Notes: a model not told the origin generated them from the sequence alone. Positions 30,587 through 41,314 are shown, numbered from the stretch's first letter. The stretch is 64,000 nucleotides of DNA from an uncultured Chloroflexia bacterium (GCA_963726245.1 CAVSBT010000019.1:32001-96000), one strand, 5' to 3'. A program made the numbers and translations.

Positions 30587-31759
30587 TCACGCCACGGCCA
30601 GATCTTCATCCTTTGGCCCCTCGCCCTGCCGCGAGGCCGCTGCCTCGGCCAATTGTGAGGCCTCCGTCAGGAGGGGGTTCTCCTCCCTGCCCAGGCCGGG
30701 CGCCACGACGGTGAGGCGCTCGCCGACGGCCGCTTCCTCCAGGATGCGCTCGTAGAGCGCCAGGTAGCCTTCCGCCATGCGCTGAGCCGAGAGGTTCTCC
30801 TCCACGTGGCGCCGGCAGCGCCGCGGATCGATTTGGCCTACCTGATGAACGGCGCCCACCATGCTGTCGACGTCGCGCACCAGGAAACCGGTCTCGCCGT
30901 CCACCAGCAGCTCCGCTGCAGCGCCGCGCGCGAAGGCTACGACGGGCGTGCCGCAGGCCATAGCCTCCACCATCACCAAGCCAAAGGGCTCCTCCCAGCA
31001 GATGGGGACAAGGAGACAAGAGGCCCTGGCGTAGAGCTCTCGCTTCAGGGCGCCATCCACCTCCCCCACGAACTGAATTAGCTGGCCGTCGATGAAGGGT
31101 TCCACGCTCTCGTGGAAGTACTGACGGTCCACGCGGTCGACCTTGGCCGCGATGATGAGGCGCTTCCCCAGTCGCCGTGCCGCCTCGATGGCCAGGTGGG
31201 TGCCCTTTTCGGGCGCCACGCGGCCCAGGAAGAGGAGGTAGTCGCTCTTCCGCTCTTCGTAAGGAAAGCTCTCTACGTCGATGCCGTTGTAGACAACGCC
31301 GCAATAGGTTCCTCCCCACACCGGGGGCATTGCGCGCCGTTCGGCGTGGCTGATGGCGTTGTACCAGCCGTTGTAGCGGTCCCAGACGAACTGGGTGTCC
31401 GGCGTGAGGAGGCAGTGCATGGTGGAGAGCACGGGCACGTCTACCAGGCAGCTCATGGCCATAGCCAGCTCGCCGGCGTGGTTGTGCACGATGTCGAAGT
31501 CCTTCGCCGCCCTGAGGGAGAGGGCGATGTGCATCCAGTCGTAGGGCTGCCGGTCCTGAAGGTCGTTGGCGGTGCGCAGGCTCCGGGGATAGACAGATGA
31601 GAGCTCAGCGGAGGTGATGGAGTCGCCGGAGGCGCAGAGCGTGACTTCGTGTCCTAATCGCACCAGCTCCTCGCAGAGAACGCTGACGACAGCCTCCGTG
31701 CCGCCGTAGCGAGGTGGAGGCACCGCCTCCCACAGAGGAGCGAGCTGCAATATCCTCAA
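30587..31759 (-). CDS. Glycosyltransferase family 4
   Basis: VPPPRYGGTE, GRVAPEKG, EPFGLVMVEAMACG. Confidence 0.93.
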   Translation of the reverse strand: MRILQLAPLWEAVPPPRYGGTEAVVSVLCEELVRLGHEVTLCASGDSITSAELSSVYPRSLRTANDLQDRQPYDWMHIALSLRAAKDFDIVHNHAGELAMAMSCLVDVPVLSTMHCLLTPDTQFVWDRYNGWYNAISHAERRAMPPVWGGTYCGVVYNGIDVESFPYEERKSDYLLFLGRVAPEKGTHLAIEAARRLGKRLIIAAKVDRVDRQYFHESVEPFIDGQLIQFVGEVDGALKRELYARASCLLVPICWEEPFGLVMVEAMACGTPVVAFARGAAAELLVDGETGFLVRDVDSMVGAVHQVGQIDPRRCRRHVEENLSAQRMAEGYLALYERILEEAAVGERLTVVAPGLGREENPLLTEASQLAEAAASRQGEGPKDEDLAVA

Positions 31760-32055
31760 ATACGATTCACCTTTCTAGGGGGTGAGCATCCCCCCGAGCC
31801 TCGTAACTCGTGACGTGGTCGCCATAGTGAGAGCGGTACACCTGATTGGGCTGCTGGTCGGCGGCCCGTGTGAGTTAGAGGCTCCCTCCTTGGAGCCCGC
31901 AGTTGTGGACGGGACTATGAGGCGAAACGGCTCATCCCGTGCCTATCATTATACCCTGCCGATGCAAAGGCCTGGTAGAGGAAAGGGCGAGGAATGGAAG
32001 CCCGCGCCTGGCGGCCTTCGCCGCCTATCGCGCTTGTTCTTGCGCTTCCGTGGTT

Positions 32056-32757
32056 CTAGAGGCTGACGAAGGCGCTGCCCTGCCACAACAGCACGACGAG
32101 CGCGCCCGCTGAGATGAAGGGAGCATAGGGCATGGGGTAGCTGCGGCGCCTCACGCGCACGGCCAGGTAGGCCGCCACCACGCCGCCGGCCAAAGCGGTG
32201 ATCATGAGGGCGGGAAGGATGAGAGAGCCGCCCAAGGCGAGCCCAGCGAAGCCGGCGAGCTTGACGTCGCCCAGCCCCAGGCCGCCACGCGAGACGAGAG
32301 CTATTATCAACATGAGCCCTCCGCCGATTGCCCCTCCAATCAGGGCCTCCCTGACGTCGCCGTGGGGCATGAAGGCGGCAGCCAGCAGGGCGCCGCCGGC
32401 CGCCGGGTAGGTGATGACGTTGGGGACGCGAAAAGCCATAAGGTCTGTCGCAGCGCAGGCGATGAAGACCGTGGCGTAGGCCGACACCACCGCCGCGTCC
32501 TCCGGTGTCGGGTAGCGGGCGGCGGCCACGGCGAAGAGCGCCGCGGTGACAGCGACGAGGGCCGGTCGCCGCCATAGGGGCCCCTCGCCGATCAGGGCGG
32601 CCAGCCGGGCGCGGCCGACCTCCCCAAGCGGTACTACCGCCAGGCGCTCCTCCAGTGGGGCGATCCCCTCCTCCGAGGGCACAGCAAGTCGTACCACGAG
32701 GGCTTCCAGCAGGAAACCCACAACCGCCCCCAGCAGCGCGAAAAGGACAATCTGCAT
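32056..32757 (-). CDS. Prepilin peptidase A24 family
   Basis: TDL...RVPN, GLGDVKL, PYAPF; multiple TM segments. Confidence 0.88.
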   Translation of the reverse strand: MQIVLFALLGAVVGFLLEALVVRLAVPSEEGIAPLEERLAVVPLGEVGRARLAALIGEGPLWRRPALVAVTAALFAVAAARYPTPEDAAVVSAYATVFIACAATDLMAFRVPNVITYPAAGGALLAAAFMPHGDVREALIGGAIGGGLMLIIALVSRGGLGLGDVKLAGFAGLALGGSLILPALMITALAGGVVAAYLAVRVRRRSYPMPYAPFISAGALVVLLWQGSAFVSL

Positions 32758-32791
32758 CGTCAAGACACCATGTACATTGTCGGTCGCATCT

Positions 32792-34369
32792 TCACACACC
32801 TGAGTCGCGCGTGAGGGATGGCGGAGGCCCGCTCCAGCTCCAGAGGACGTGTCTGTCCGTCACCTGGGGGACCAACAACCCTTCGGCCTCCAGCCGCATC
32901 ACGTGTTCTTCAACCTGGTGGAGGGGCAGAGAGAGATAATCCGCCAGCCTCAGCCCCAGGTCTCTGGTCGGGCTCTCTGTGATTTCCAGGGGCCCAAGGT
33001 TCTCGATATAGTCGTTCTTGAGCAGGCTCCAGGCAAAGCGCCGCTCCCTCCTCCGCCTTATCTCCTGAGCGTCCTCGTCACTCAACCTGCCCTCGCGTTC
33101 GAGCCTCTGCTGAAGACGGTCAAAACGTCTTACATCGTTGTAGTACTGGTGCAGGACTTGCTCCATGTCCTTGGCGCCGGCGCCCGGGGTCGTGGCCACC
33201 ACACGGTTGGCATCGTATTTCGACCAATCGTCGGTCAGGATGGTCATGCCATATTCGTCAGCCTTCTCCCTTACCTCAGTCCCAGGGAAAGGCGCCAGCA
33301 CGTGCAAAGAATACGGGGCATCCAGCCGCTTCGCGAGGTCATAGCTCTGTCTCATGGTCTTCTTGGTCTCTCCGGGCAGCCCAAGGATGAAGGAGGTGAC
33401 AGCCCTCATGCCCGTCTCTTTGGTCAGGGCCACCGCCTCCTTCACCTTCTTCAAGGTGATCTTCTTCTTGACCCTGTCCAGTATCTCCTGGTTTCCGCTC
33501 TCCACGCCGAAGACCAAAGCGTCGCAGCCCGCCTGCTTCATCTTCTTCACGAGTTCTCTGGTGACCGTGTCGACCCTGGAGAAGGCGTTCCATCTGATCT
33601 TCAGGCCCCTGCTCACTATCTCGTCGCAGATAGCATAGACATGCCCGTGGTTGAAAGTGAGAAGATCGTCCCCAATCTGGATCTCCTTGAACCCCATCTC
33701 CTGAACCATCTGCATCTCATCTACCACCAACTTTGCGTTGCGCAGCCGGACCCTCCTGCCCGTCATCCGATGCCCCACGCAAAAGATGCAATTGAACGGG
33801 CACCCCCTGCCGGTGATAACGCAGCCTCCGGCGTTGAAAGCGCGGTATTTGGCTAGCGGGAACAAGTGTCGGGCCGGAACCGGGAACTCGTCTACGTTCT
33901 CGATCCAGGGCCGGTCGGCGGTCGCAGTTATGCCGTCCCCTTCCCTGAAGACGAGGCCCTCTATCTCCGCGGGCTTCTTGCCGCTCACGATGTCGAGCAT
34001 CGTGTATTCCCCCTGCCCTCGCACCACGATGTCAATCCAGGGGGCCTCCCTGAGTGTTTGCTCGGCACAGAAGGTCACGTGAGGTCCGCCCATCACTGTG
34101 ACAACGTTCTCGTCGGATTCCTTGCAGAGCTTGAGTATTCTCGAAGACGTGGGGTAGTTCATGGTCACTGCGGTTATCCCCACGACCTCCGGCCTGTACT
34201 CCGCCATACAGCGGCGCACTTTTTCCTCTGAATACTGGCTTACCAGAAGGTCGAGGACTTTGACCTCAACCCCATTCTTCTCCAGTACGGCCGCAATGTA
34301 GCTCAAGCCCAGGGGCATGTTGGGCCACTCCGTAAAAGGGTAGGGAGGGTTTACTAGAAGAGTCCTCAT
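32792..34369 (-). CDS. Cobalamin-dependent radical SAM protein
   Basis: PLGLSYIAA and GGPH (B12-binding); RGCPFNCIFC; GVESG. Confidence 0.92.
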   Translation of the reverse strand: MRTLLVNPPYPFTEWPNMPLGLSYIAAVLEKNGVEVKVLDLLVSQYSEEKVRRCMAEYRPEVVGITAVTMNYPTSSRILKLCKESDENVVTVMGGPHVTFCAEQTLREAPWIDIVVRGQGEYTMLDIVSGKKPAEIEGLVFREGDGITATADRPWIENVDEFPVPARHLFPLAKYRAFNAGGCVITGRGCPFNCIFCVGHRMTGRRVRLRNAKLVVDEMQMVQEMGFKEIQIGDDLLTFNHGHVYAICDEIVSRGLKIRWNAFSRVDTVTRELVKKMKQAGCDALVFGVESGNQEILDRVKKKITLKKVKEAVALTKETGMRAVTSFILGLPGETKKTMRQSYDLAKRLDAPYSLHVLAPFPGTEVREKADEYGMTILTDDWSKYDANRVVATTPGAGAKDMEQVLHQYYNDVRRFDRLQQRLEREGRLSDEDAQEIRRRRERRFAWSLLKNDYIENLGPLEITESPTRDLGLRLADYLSLPLHQVEEHVMRLEAEGLLVPQVTDRHVLWSWSGPPPSLTRDSGV

Positions 34370-34435
34370 GATGCTGTTCCCCTCAGGAAAGCTCCTATTG
34401 AGCAGCCAACGCCGAGTTCGCTTCGAAGAGTGTCC

Positions 34436-35675
34436 CTACCCATGATACCGTCTCAGCACCAGGCAGGCGTTCTGCCCGCCCAGGCCGAAGGAATTGGAGA
34501 GGCATACGTTCACCCGGTGCGGACGGGCTTCGTTCGGCACGTAGTCCAGGTCGCAATCAGGGTCCGGGGTACGGTAGTTGATGGTGGGCGGCAGCACCTG
34601 GTCGCGGAGGGTGAGCACCGCGGTAACGGCTTCGACGCCGCCGGCGGCCGCTGCCAGGTGGCCGATCATCGACTTGTTGGAGCTGACGGGGATGCGGTAA
34701 GCCAGTTCGCCGAAGACCTTCTTGATGGCCGCCGTCTCCGTCTTGTCATTGAGCTGAGTGGACGTCCCGTGGGCGTTGACATAATCGATGTCAGCGGCGG
34801 TGACCTCGGCGTCGCGGAGGGCGCGGGCCATGGCGAGCGCCTGGCCGTCCACGTCGGGGGCCGTCTCGTCGGCGGCGTCGAAGGACCAGCCGGCGCCCGC
34901 CACCTCGGCCAGGATGGGCGCATCGCGGCGCCGGGCGTGCTCCTCCGACTCCAGCACGAGCACGCCGGCCCCCTCGCCCATGACGAAGCCGTCGCGCTCC
35001 GCGTCGAAGGGGCGGGAGGCGGCCTGCGGGTCGTCGTTGCGGCGCGAGAGGGCGCCGACGACGCCCATGGCGGCCATTATGAGGGCTGCCACCGAGGCCT
35101 CGCAGCCGCCGGCCAGCAGGATCTCGGCCTGGCCCAGCCGGATGAAGTTGAGGGCGTGGCCGATGGCGTCGGCTCCCGAGGCGCAGGCGCTGTTGATGGT
35201 GGTGTTGGGTCCGCGCACCCCCAGGGCGTGGCCCACGCGCACGCCGGCCATGTGCGCGCCGACGCGTGAAATGATCAGCGGGTCGATGCGGCTCGCGCCG
35301 CGCTCTTCGATGATGCGTTCCTGGGGAGCGAAGCCCGCCAGCGCCGCCGCTGCTGGCCATGACGACGCCGATCTCGTCGCGGGTGGACTCGTCCACGACC
35401 AGACCGGCCGACGCCAGGGCCTGACGGGCGGCCGCCGTGCCCAACTGGGCGTAGCGCCCGCTGCGACGGGCCATCTTGTAGTCCATGTAGCAGGCGGGGT
35501 CAAAGCCCTTCACCTCAGCGGCGATGCGCGAGGGGAAGCCGGTGGCGTCGAAGAGGGTGACAGGGCCCACGCCGGAGCGGCCGGCGAGGAGCCCCTGCCA
35601 GTGGGACTCGGCGTCCAGCCCCAGAGGCGTGACCGCGCCAAGGCCGGTGACCACTACACGTCGCAGAGTGCGCAA
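34436..35675 (-). CDS. fabF: Beta-ketoacyl-ACP synthase II; frameshift near 35340
   Basis: RRVVVTGLG, SACASG, NAHGTST, KSMIGH, SNSFGLGG. Confidence 0.92.
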
Positions 35676-35699
35676 TCGGCCCTCCCGCCGGCCGGGGAT

Positions 35700-35737
35700 G
35701 TAGGGGCGCACGGTCCGCCAGGGGCGGACGCCCCTAC
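35700..35737. repeat. GTAG-type REP
   Basis: gtaggggcg...cgcccctac. Confidence 0.65.
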
Positions 35738-35794
35738 TGGCCTACCGATAGGCCACGAGGCCTTCCCGTTTGTAACCCAGGTCGCCGCTCACGG

Positions 35795-36448
35795 TCAACC
35801 GCGCGGCCGGCCTTCCAGCAGGGCGAGCGCGGCCGCGTCGTTTAGACTGTCCACCACCACGTCGGCGGCTGACAGGTCTTCGCGCGGGCGGGTGGTAGTC
35901 ACGGCGAGGCAGCGCATGCCTGCCCGCCGTGCGGCTTCGACGCCGCCGGGCGCGTCCTCGATGACCAGGCAGCGCTCCGGCGCCACGCCCAGCCTGCGGG
36001 CGGCCAGCAGGTATCCTTCCGGGTCGGGCTTGCCCCTCGACACGTCCTCCGCTGCCACGATGGTGTCGAAGGCGTCGGCGAGGCCCACCTGCCCCAGCAC
36101 GAAGTCGATGTTGGCCCGAGGCGTGGAGGTGACCAGGGCCGCGCGCCGGCCTCCGTCTCGGGCATGACGCGCCAGCTCGGCAGCGCCCGGCAGGAGGCTC
36201 ACCCGTCCGGCGGCGTGCTGCCGGAACAGCGACTCCTTGCGTTCCGAGAGGCGCTCCACCTCTTCGGCGGGCACCTCACCCAGCAAGTCGCGCAGGATGA
36301 GGTCGTTGCGCAGGCCGAACGAGCGGCGGAACTCCTCCTCGCCGAGCGTGCGCCCGAGCTCGCCGAGGAGCTGGCGCCAGGCCTGGTAGTGGAACCGGGC
36401 GGTGTCGACGAGGACGCCGTCCAGGTCCCAGAGGACTGCTTCGATCAT
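35795..36448 (-). CDS. HAD phosphatase (beta-phosphoglucomutase-like)
   Basis: DLDGVLVDT, GKPDPE, IEDAPGG. Confidence 0.92.
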   Translation of the reverse strand: MIEAVLWDLDGVLVDTARFHYQAWRQLLGELGRTLGEEEFRRSFGLRNDLILRDLLGEVPAEEVERLSERKESLFRQHAAGRVSLLPGAAELARHARDGGRRAALVTSTPRANIDFVLGQVGLADAFDTIVAAEDVSRGKPDPEGYLLAARRLGVAPERCLVIEDAPGGVEAARRAGMRCLAVTTTRPREDLSAADVVVDSLNDAAALALLEGRPRG

Positions 36449-36457
36449 GCTGAGGCG

Positions 36458-37627
36458 CTAATCGGCGCTCTCGCCATCCGGCGGCGGCGAGGGGATTGCC
36501 TCCAGGGACGACGACTCCAGGAAGGGAGCCTTCCGTCGCAGCCAGACCACGCCGTGGCTGTTCCAGAGGGAGACCGCATAGCCCAGCCTGGTGAGGATGG
36601 CCGCCACCAGGACGACCAGGGCCACGACGACGGCCAGCTCGAGGGGGAAGTAGCCCACGTAATGTAGAAGTATGGCCGCCCCCGAGAAGAGGACGGAGAG
36701 AGCATAGAGGACGGCCAGGCTCGCCCTGGGCCCCAGGCCGAGCACCTCCAGGCGGTGGTGGATGTGGTCCAGGTCGCCCAGGAAGGGATGACTGCGGTCC
36801 AGGGCGCGGCGGGTCACCGCCAGCACCGTGTCCAGGATGGGGAAGCCCAGCGCCACGATGGGCACGCCGATGAAGAAGGCGTTGGAGACGCCGGTGGAGC
36901 CCCGGATGGACAGGGCGCCGAGGACGAAGCCCATCAGCAGCGCTCCGGAGTCGCCCAGAATCGAAGAGGCTGGTGGCAGGTTGAAGGGCAGGAAGCCCAG
37001 GCCGCCTCCGGCCAGGGCCACCAGCAGCAGCGCTATCGTCGGATGCGCGGAGTGGGAGGCTACCTGCGCCAGCGTGGCCGCCGCCAGGATGGAGACGCCC
37101 ACCGCCACGCCGTCCTTGCCGTCCACCAGGTTGATGGCGTTGGTGAAGAAGACAACCCAGGCTATCGTGGCCAGTGGAGCCAGGTAGCCGAGCTCGATGG
37201 CGCCGCCCCAGGGGAAGGCCGCCTGCTCGATGCGGTAGCCGGCGGCGTAGACCGCTATCGCCGCCCCGACCTGGCCGACCAGCTTCTGCTGCCAGCTCGC
37301 CACCCGCCAGTCGTCGAAGAGGCCGGTCAGGAAGATCAGAGAGCAGGCGCCGAGGAAGCCCAGGAACGTCCTCGACTTGGGCGCGAAGAACTCAGACGCC
37401 TGCGGGGAGATGGCTGAGGCCACGAAGGGGGTGATGGCGAAGGCCAGGAATATGGCGACGCCGCCCAGCTTCGGCCTATGGGGGGCGTATCGTCCAAAGG
37501 GGCCCTGTAGCAGCCGGACGTGGGAGAGGGCCTGGAGGAGGGCCGTCGCCACCAGGGCGATGGCCGCCGCCAGGAGAAGGGTAAGCAGGTAGACGTTCAC
37601 GGGCCCTCTTTCCGTGAGTAGGTCCAT
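36458..37627 (-). CDS. MraY/WecA/TagO-family polyprenyl-phosphate GlcNAc-1-P transferase
   Basis: GLFDD, NAINLVDG.DG, LGDSG, DLDHIHHRL. Confidence 0.9.
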   Translation of the reverse strand: MDLLTERGPVNVYLLTLLLAAAIALVATALLQALSHVRLLQGPFGRYAPHRPKLGGVAIFLAFAITPFVASAISPQASEFFAPKSRTFLGFLGACSLIFLTGLFDDWRVASWQQKLVGQVGAAIAVYAAGYRIEQAAFPWGGAIELGYLAPLATIAWVVFFTNAINLVDGKDGVAVGVSILAAATLAQVASHSAHPTIALLLVALAGGGLGFLPFNLPPASSILGDSGALLMGFVLGALSIRGSTGVSNAFFIGVPIVALGFPILDTVLAVTRRALDRSHPFLGDLDHIHHRLEVLGLGPRASLAVLYALSVLFSGAAILLHYVGYFPLELAVVVALVVLVAAILTRLGYAVSLWNSHGVVWLRRKAPFLESSSLEAIPSPPPDGESAD

Positions 37628-37777
37628 CCCTCAGCCGGTAGAGGGGTATCCGTCGGATTTTACCACGTCGCGATGAGGGGTCAAGCCGATGTCCGGGCCC
37701 TGCGCCCGCCATCCGCTTGAACGGCGCGCCGCCCGCCCGTATGATCCACAGCGGATTCCGGAAAAACGGATAAGCGG

Positions 37778-38229
37778 ATGGGACTCACCACGACCGACAC
37801 GATGACATCACGTACCGGATTATTGGGGCTGCCATGAGGGTGCACAATGTTCTGGGCCCCGGTCTGCGAGAGGGCATATACCAGCGGGCGCTGTTGGAGC
37901 AAATGGGGGCCGAGGGGCTCTCCTTTGAAGAGGAGAAGGCAGTGGAGGTGTTCCTTGACGGCGTCAGGGTCGGCCTGCTGTACCTCGATCACCTGGTTGA
38001 AGACGCTGTCGTCGTTGAGATCAAAGCGTTGCGACATCGGCTGACACAAGATGAGGTCGGACAGGTGATCACCTACCTCGCGGCAACTGGGCACAAAGTG
38101 GGCTTACTGTTCAACTTCGCGGGGCGATCGTTGGAGTACAAGCGGATTCTGCCGCCAAGGAAGCTGGATGACTGGAGGCAGAGGATCAGGCGCTATGCCT
38201 GGACAGCAAGGCCAGCTCACAACGGATAA
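37778..38229 (+). CDS. GxxExxY (PD-(D/E)XK-like) protein; probable frameshift near the start
   Basis: IIGAAMRVHNVLGPGLREGIYQRAL, D.LVE..VVVEIKA, YL....VGLLFNF. Confidence 0.9.
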
Positions 38230-38324
38230 CGAACGGATAAGCGGATGGCCCTCATCCGATTATCCGTTTCCATGAATCCGTTGTGAGAAGAGACAGCCGA
38301 CCCCCAGACAGGAGGGAGGAGTCG

Positions 38325-38510
38325 ATGACGACTGAGCACGAGCCTGCGCAGGTCATGGTGGCGCTGCCCTTGGGCACGCTGCGACTGCTGGTAGGGAGCA
38401 TCATCGTCGCCATCCTGGTCATGCTCCCCATACTGGCCTTCGAGATCGTCATCCTCCTCCAGGTCTTTCACATCGTCGACCTGCTGGAGCGGCTGGCGCC
38501 GGCGGGCTGA
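38325..38510 (+). CDS. Small membrane protein
   Basis: RBS ggaggga; hydrophobic core. Confidence 0.6.
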   Translation: MTTEHEPAQVMVALPLGTLRLLVGSIIVAILVMLPILAFEIVILLQVFHIVDLLERLAPAG

Positions 38511-38534
38511 GGCGGTGAGGCAACCGGAGACAGC

Positions 38535-39281
38535 ATGAGCGTCCGCGCCGTCCTCTTCGACCTGGGGCACACGCTCTGGGACGTCCGCTACAACGAGGCG
38601 CTGGCGCCCACCATCTACCGCCGTGTGCACCGACGCCTGAGCCGCGCCGTGGCGGGGCCTCTACCCAGCGCAGAGCGCCTGCGCGAGGCCGTAACCGGGC
38701 GCTGGGCCGAGGAGGAGGCTGATGTCACGCGGAACGGACGCCTGGACCAGCGGCCGGCAGCGGACATCATAGACGAGGGGCTGGCAGCCCTGGGCCTCGA
38801 AGTCCCTGAGCACGTCCTGGACCGCATCACCGACGACATCCTCTCGCCCGACGCCTGGGGCCGCTACCTGGAGGCCGACACTTTGGGCGCCCTCCGCACT
38901 CTCAAGGAGAGAGGCCTGAAGCTGGGGGTCGTGTCCAACACCTACCAGCGGGGCCCGGTGCTGCGGGACCAGCTAGGTCACGCCGGCGCCCTGCCCTACA
39001 TCGACGTGATGGTCTTCTCCTCCGAGATGGGCCTGCGCAAGCCTCACCCGTCCCTCTTCCAGGCGCCCCTGGCCGAGCTCGGGGTCGCCCCCCAGGACGC
39101 CGTCTTCGTGGGCGACAGCCCGGGGGTCGACATCCGGGGCGCCCAGGCGGTCGGCATGCGCGCCGTCCTCACGCGCCAGTACCGGCAGGAGCCCGTTGAG
39201 GACGTCACGCCCGACCGCATCATCTGGCGCCTGCCGGAGGTCATCGAGTACATCGACAGCCTGAACTCCCATCGGGGGTGA
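38535..39281 (+). CDS. HAD-family hydrolase
   Basis: FDLGHTL, VSN, RKPHP, FVGD...DI.GA. Confidence 0.9.
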   Translation: MSVRAVLFDLGHTLWDVRYNEALAPTIYRRVHRRLSRAVAGPLPSAERLREAVTGRWAEEEADVTRNGRLDQRPAADIIDEGLAALGLEVPEHVLDRITDDILSPDAWGRYLEADTLGALRTLKERGLKLGVVSNTYQRGPVLRDQLGHAGALPYIDVMVFSSEMGLRKPHPSLFQAPLAELGVAPQDAVFVGDSPGVDIRGAQAVGMRAVLTRQYRQEPVEDVTPDRIIWRLPEVIEYIDSLNSHRG

Positions 39282-39479
39282 GGGTCCCGCTCGATGAGCT
39301 GTCGACCAGGCGCCGTCACCGATGTGAGCGAGGCCGGCTTGCTCTGGTGCAAGGCAGCTTCCTTGACACCCGTGGGCGATGGTCTATCATAGCGCCTGAA
39401 TCTCGCGGCGCGGGCCGGCGACGGCTTCATCGGCCGGCGGTGCCGCCCACGGCGGAGGGCCTGACCCAGGAGGACAACG

Positions 39480-40472
39480 ATGGCCACCATCCGGCCCCCA
39501 ATCGAAGTCCTCGACGAAGGCGTCGGGGAGTTCCGCATGCCCGACCCTGACGCCTACCGCGAGTGGGTCCGCGACCACAAGTCGCGGGCCCTGGTCAGCA
39601 AGCTCATGACGGCGCAAGAGGCCGTTTCCCAGTTCGTCGAGGACGGGGACTACATCGCCTACGACTGCAACTACCTCCAGCGCGGTCCCAGCGCCCTCAT
39701 CCGCGAGGTGATCCGTCAGAAGAAGAAGGACCTCTGGGTGGCGGGCAAGTTCACGTGGGTGGCGGTGCACCTCCTCGTCGCCGGCGGCTGCGCCAGCAAG
39801 GTGGACTGCGGCTTCTTCCTCTTCGGGAAGGCCATCGACCGTTACGTGCAGGAGAAGCGGGTCCAGATCTTCGAGTACAGCAACGTGGTGATGACCGTTC
39901 GTCTCCAGGCCGGCGCCATGGGCGTGCCCTTCCTGCCGCTGCGCTCCTTCGGCGGCACCGACGGCTTCCACCACTCGGGCGCCAAGCTTATCCGCGACCC
40001 GTACACTGGGCAGCCGGTCACCATCGTTCCCGCCCTCAACCCGGACGTGGCTCTCATCCACGTCCAGCAGGCGGACATGTACGGCAACGCCCGCGTCTTC
40101 GGAACCGGCATCGCCCACCAGGAGACGGCCCTGGCCTCGCGGAAGGTCATCGTCTCCGCCGAGGAGATCGTCGACTCGGAGGAGATCCGCCGCGATCCGG
40201 GTCGCACCTCCATCCCGTACTACTGTGTGGACGCTGTGGTACAGGCGCCCTTCGGGGCCTACCCGGGGGAGTGCGCCGGCTACTACGCTTCGGACCCCGC
40301 CGGCGTCATCGAAGTAGTCGCCGCGGCGCTGAGCGACACGCTCGACCCCTACCTTGAGAAGTACGTGCACAGCGTTGCGGACGACCAGGAGATGCTGGCG
40401 AAGCACGTGGGGGTCGCCAGGCTCCTTGAGATGGAGCGCCGCCTCGCCACCAAGGAGGGCTACCGGCCGTGA
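39480..40472 (+). CDS. Glutaconate CoA-transferase-like subunit A
   Basis: AGAMGVPFLP, DPYTG, PDVALIHVQQAD.YGN, APFGAYP. Confidence 0.88.
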   Translation: MATIRPPIEVLDEGVGEFRMPDPDAYREWVRDHKSRALVSKLMTAQEAVSQFVEDGDYIAYDCNYLQRGPSALIREVIRQKKKDLWVAGKFTWVAVHLLVAGGCASKVDCGFFLFGKAIDRYVQEKRVQIFEYSNVVMTVRLQAGAMGVPFLPLRSFGGTDGFHHSGAKLIRDPYTGQPVTIVPALNPDVALIHVQQADMYGNARVFGTGIAHQETALASRKVIVSAEEIVDSEEIRRDPGRTSIPYYCVDAVVQAPFGAYPGECAGYYASDPAGVIEVVAAALSDTLDPYLEKYVHSVADDQEMLAKHVGVARLLEMERRLATKEGYRP

Positions 40473-41314
40473 CGAGAGCCACGTCTTTCAACGAACGCGA
40501 GATGCAGACCTGCACCGTCGCCCGCATGATCGAGGACGGCAAGACTTACTGGGTCGCCGGAGCCGGCAGCCCCCTCTACGCCCTCCTCATGGGTAAGAAG
40601 CTGTACGCCCCCAATGCCCAGTACATCACGGAGGACGGCGTCATCGCGCCGGAGCCCTTGCTCCCCTTTGACCCCATCATGAGCATGGTCTCGGCGCGGG
40701 CCGGATACCGCGCCCTGGGCTGGGCCACCATGAACGCGGCCGGCAACCACGCCCAGGTTGGCCTCATGGACTACGGCATCCTCAACGCCTTGCAGATCGA
40801 CCAGTACGGGAACATCAACTCGACGGCCATCGGCGCCTACGGCAAGGATGTCCGGCGCTTTGGCGGCCCCGGCGGCGCCGACTCCATCGCCTCCCTTTGC
40901 TGGCGGACCATCGTCATCACTGACCAGGAGAGGCGGAAGTTCGTCGAGCGGGTGGACTTCATCTCCTCGCCCGGCTACCTGGACGGCAGGCCGGGCGCGC
41001 GGGAGAAGGCCGGCCTGCCCCGGGGCACCGGGCCCTGGCGCGTCGTCACCCCCTGGGCCATGTACGACTACGACGAGGAGCGCCGCCTACGGATCATCGC
41101 CGTCGCGCCGTGGGTGACGGTGGACGACGTGCTGGCGGAGTGCGAACACAAGCCCGTGGTGGCCGAGACGGTGGAGACCCTCGAGGTCCCGTCGGACGAA
41201 GAGCTGGACATGCTGCGCAGCCGCCTCGACGTGATTGGCCAGATGAGCGGCATCGAGCGCAGCCGTTGGATCGTCTGGGACGGCGAGAAGTACGTGCGGC
41301 AGACCGAGTCGTAG
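40469..41314 (+). CDS. Glutaconate CoA-transferase-like subunit B
   Basis: EDG, QIDQYGNINST, GPGGA, FVERVDFISSPG; 4-nt overlap with subunit A. Confidence 0.88.
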   Translation: MTRATSFNEREMQTCTVARMIEDGKTYWVAGAGSPLYALLMGKKLYAPNAQYITEDGVIAPEPLLPFDPIMSMVSARAGYRALGWATMNAAGNHAQVGLMDYGILNALQIDQYGNINSTAIGAYGKDVRRFGGPGGADSIASLCWRTIVITDQERRKFVERVDFISSPGYLDGRPGAREKAGLPRGTGPWRVVTPWAMYDYDEERRLRIIAVAPWVTVDDVLAECEHKPVVAETVETLEVPSDEELDMLRSRLDVIGQMSGIERSRWIVWDGEKYVRQTES

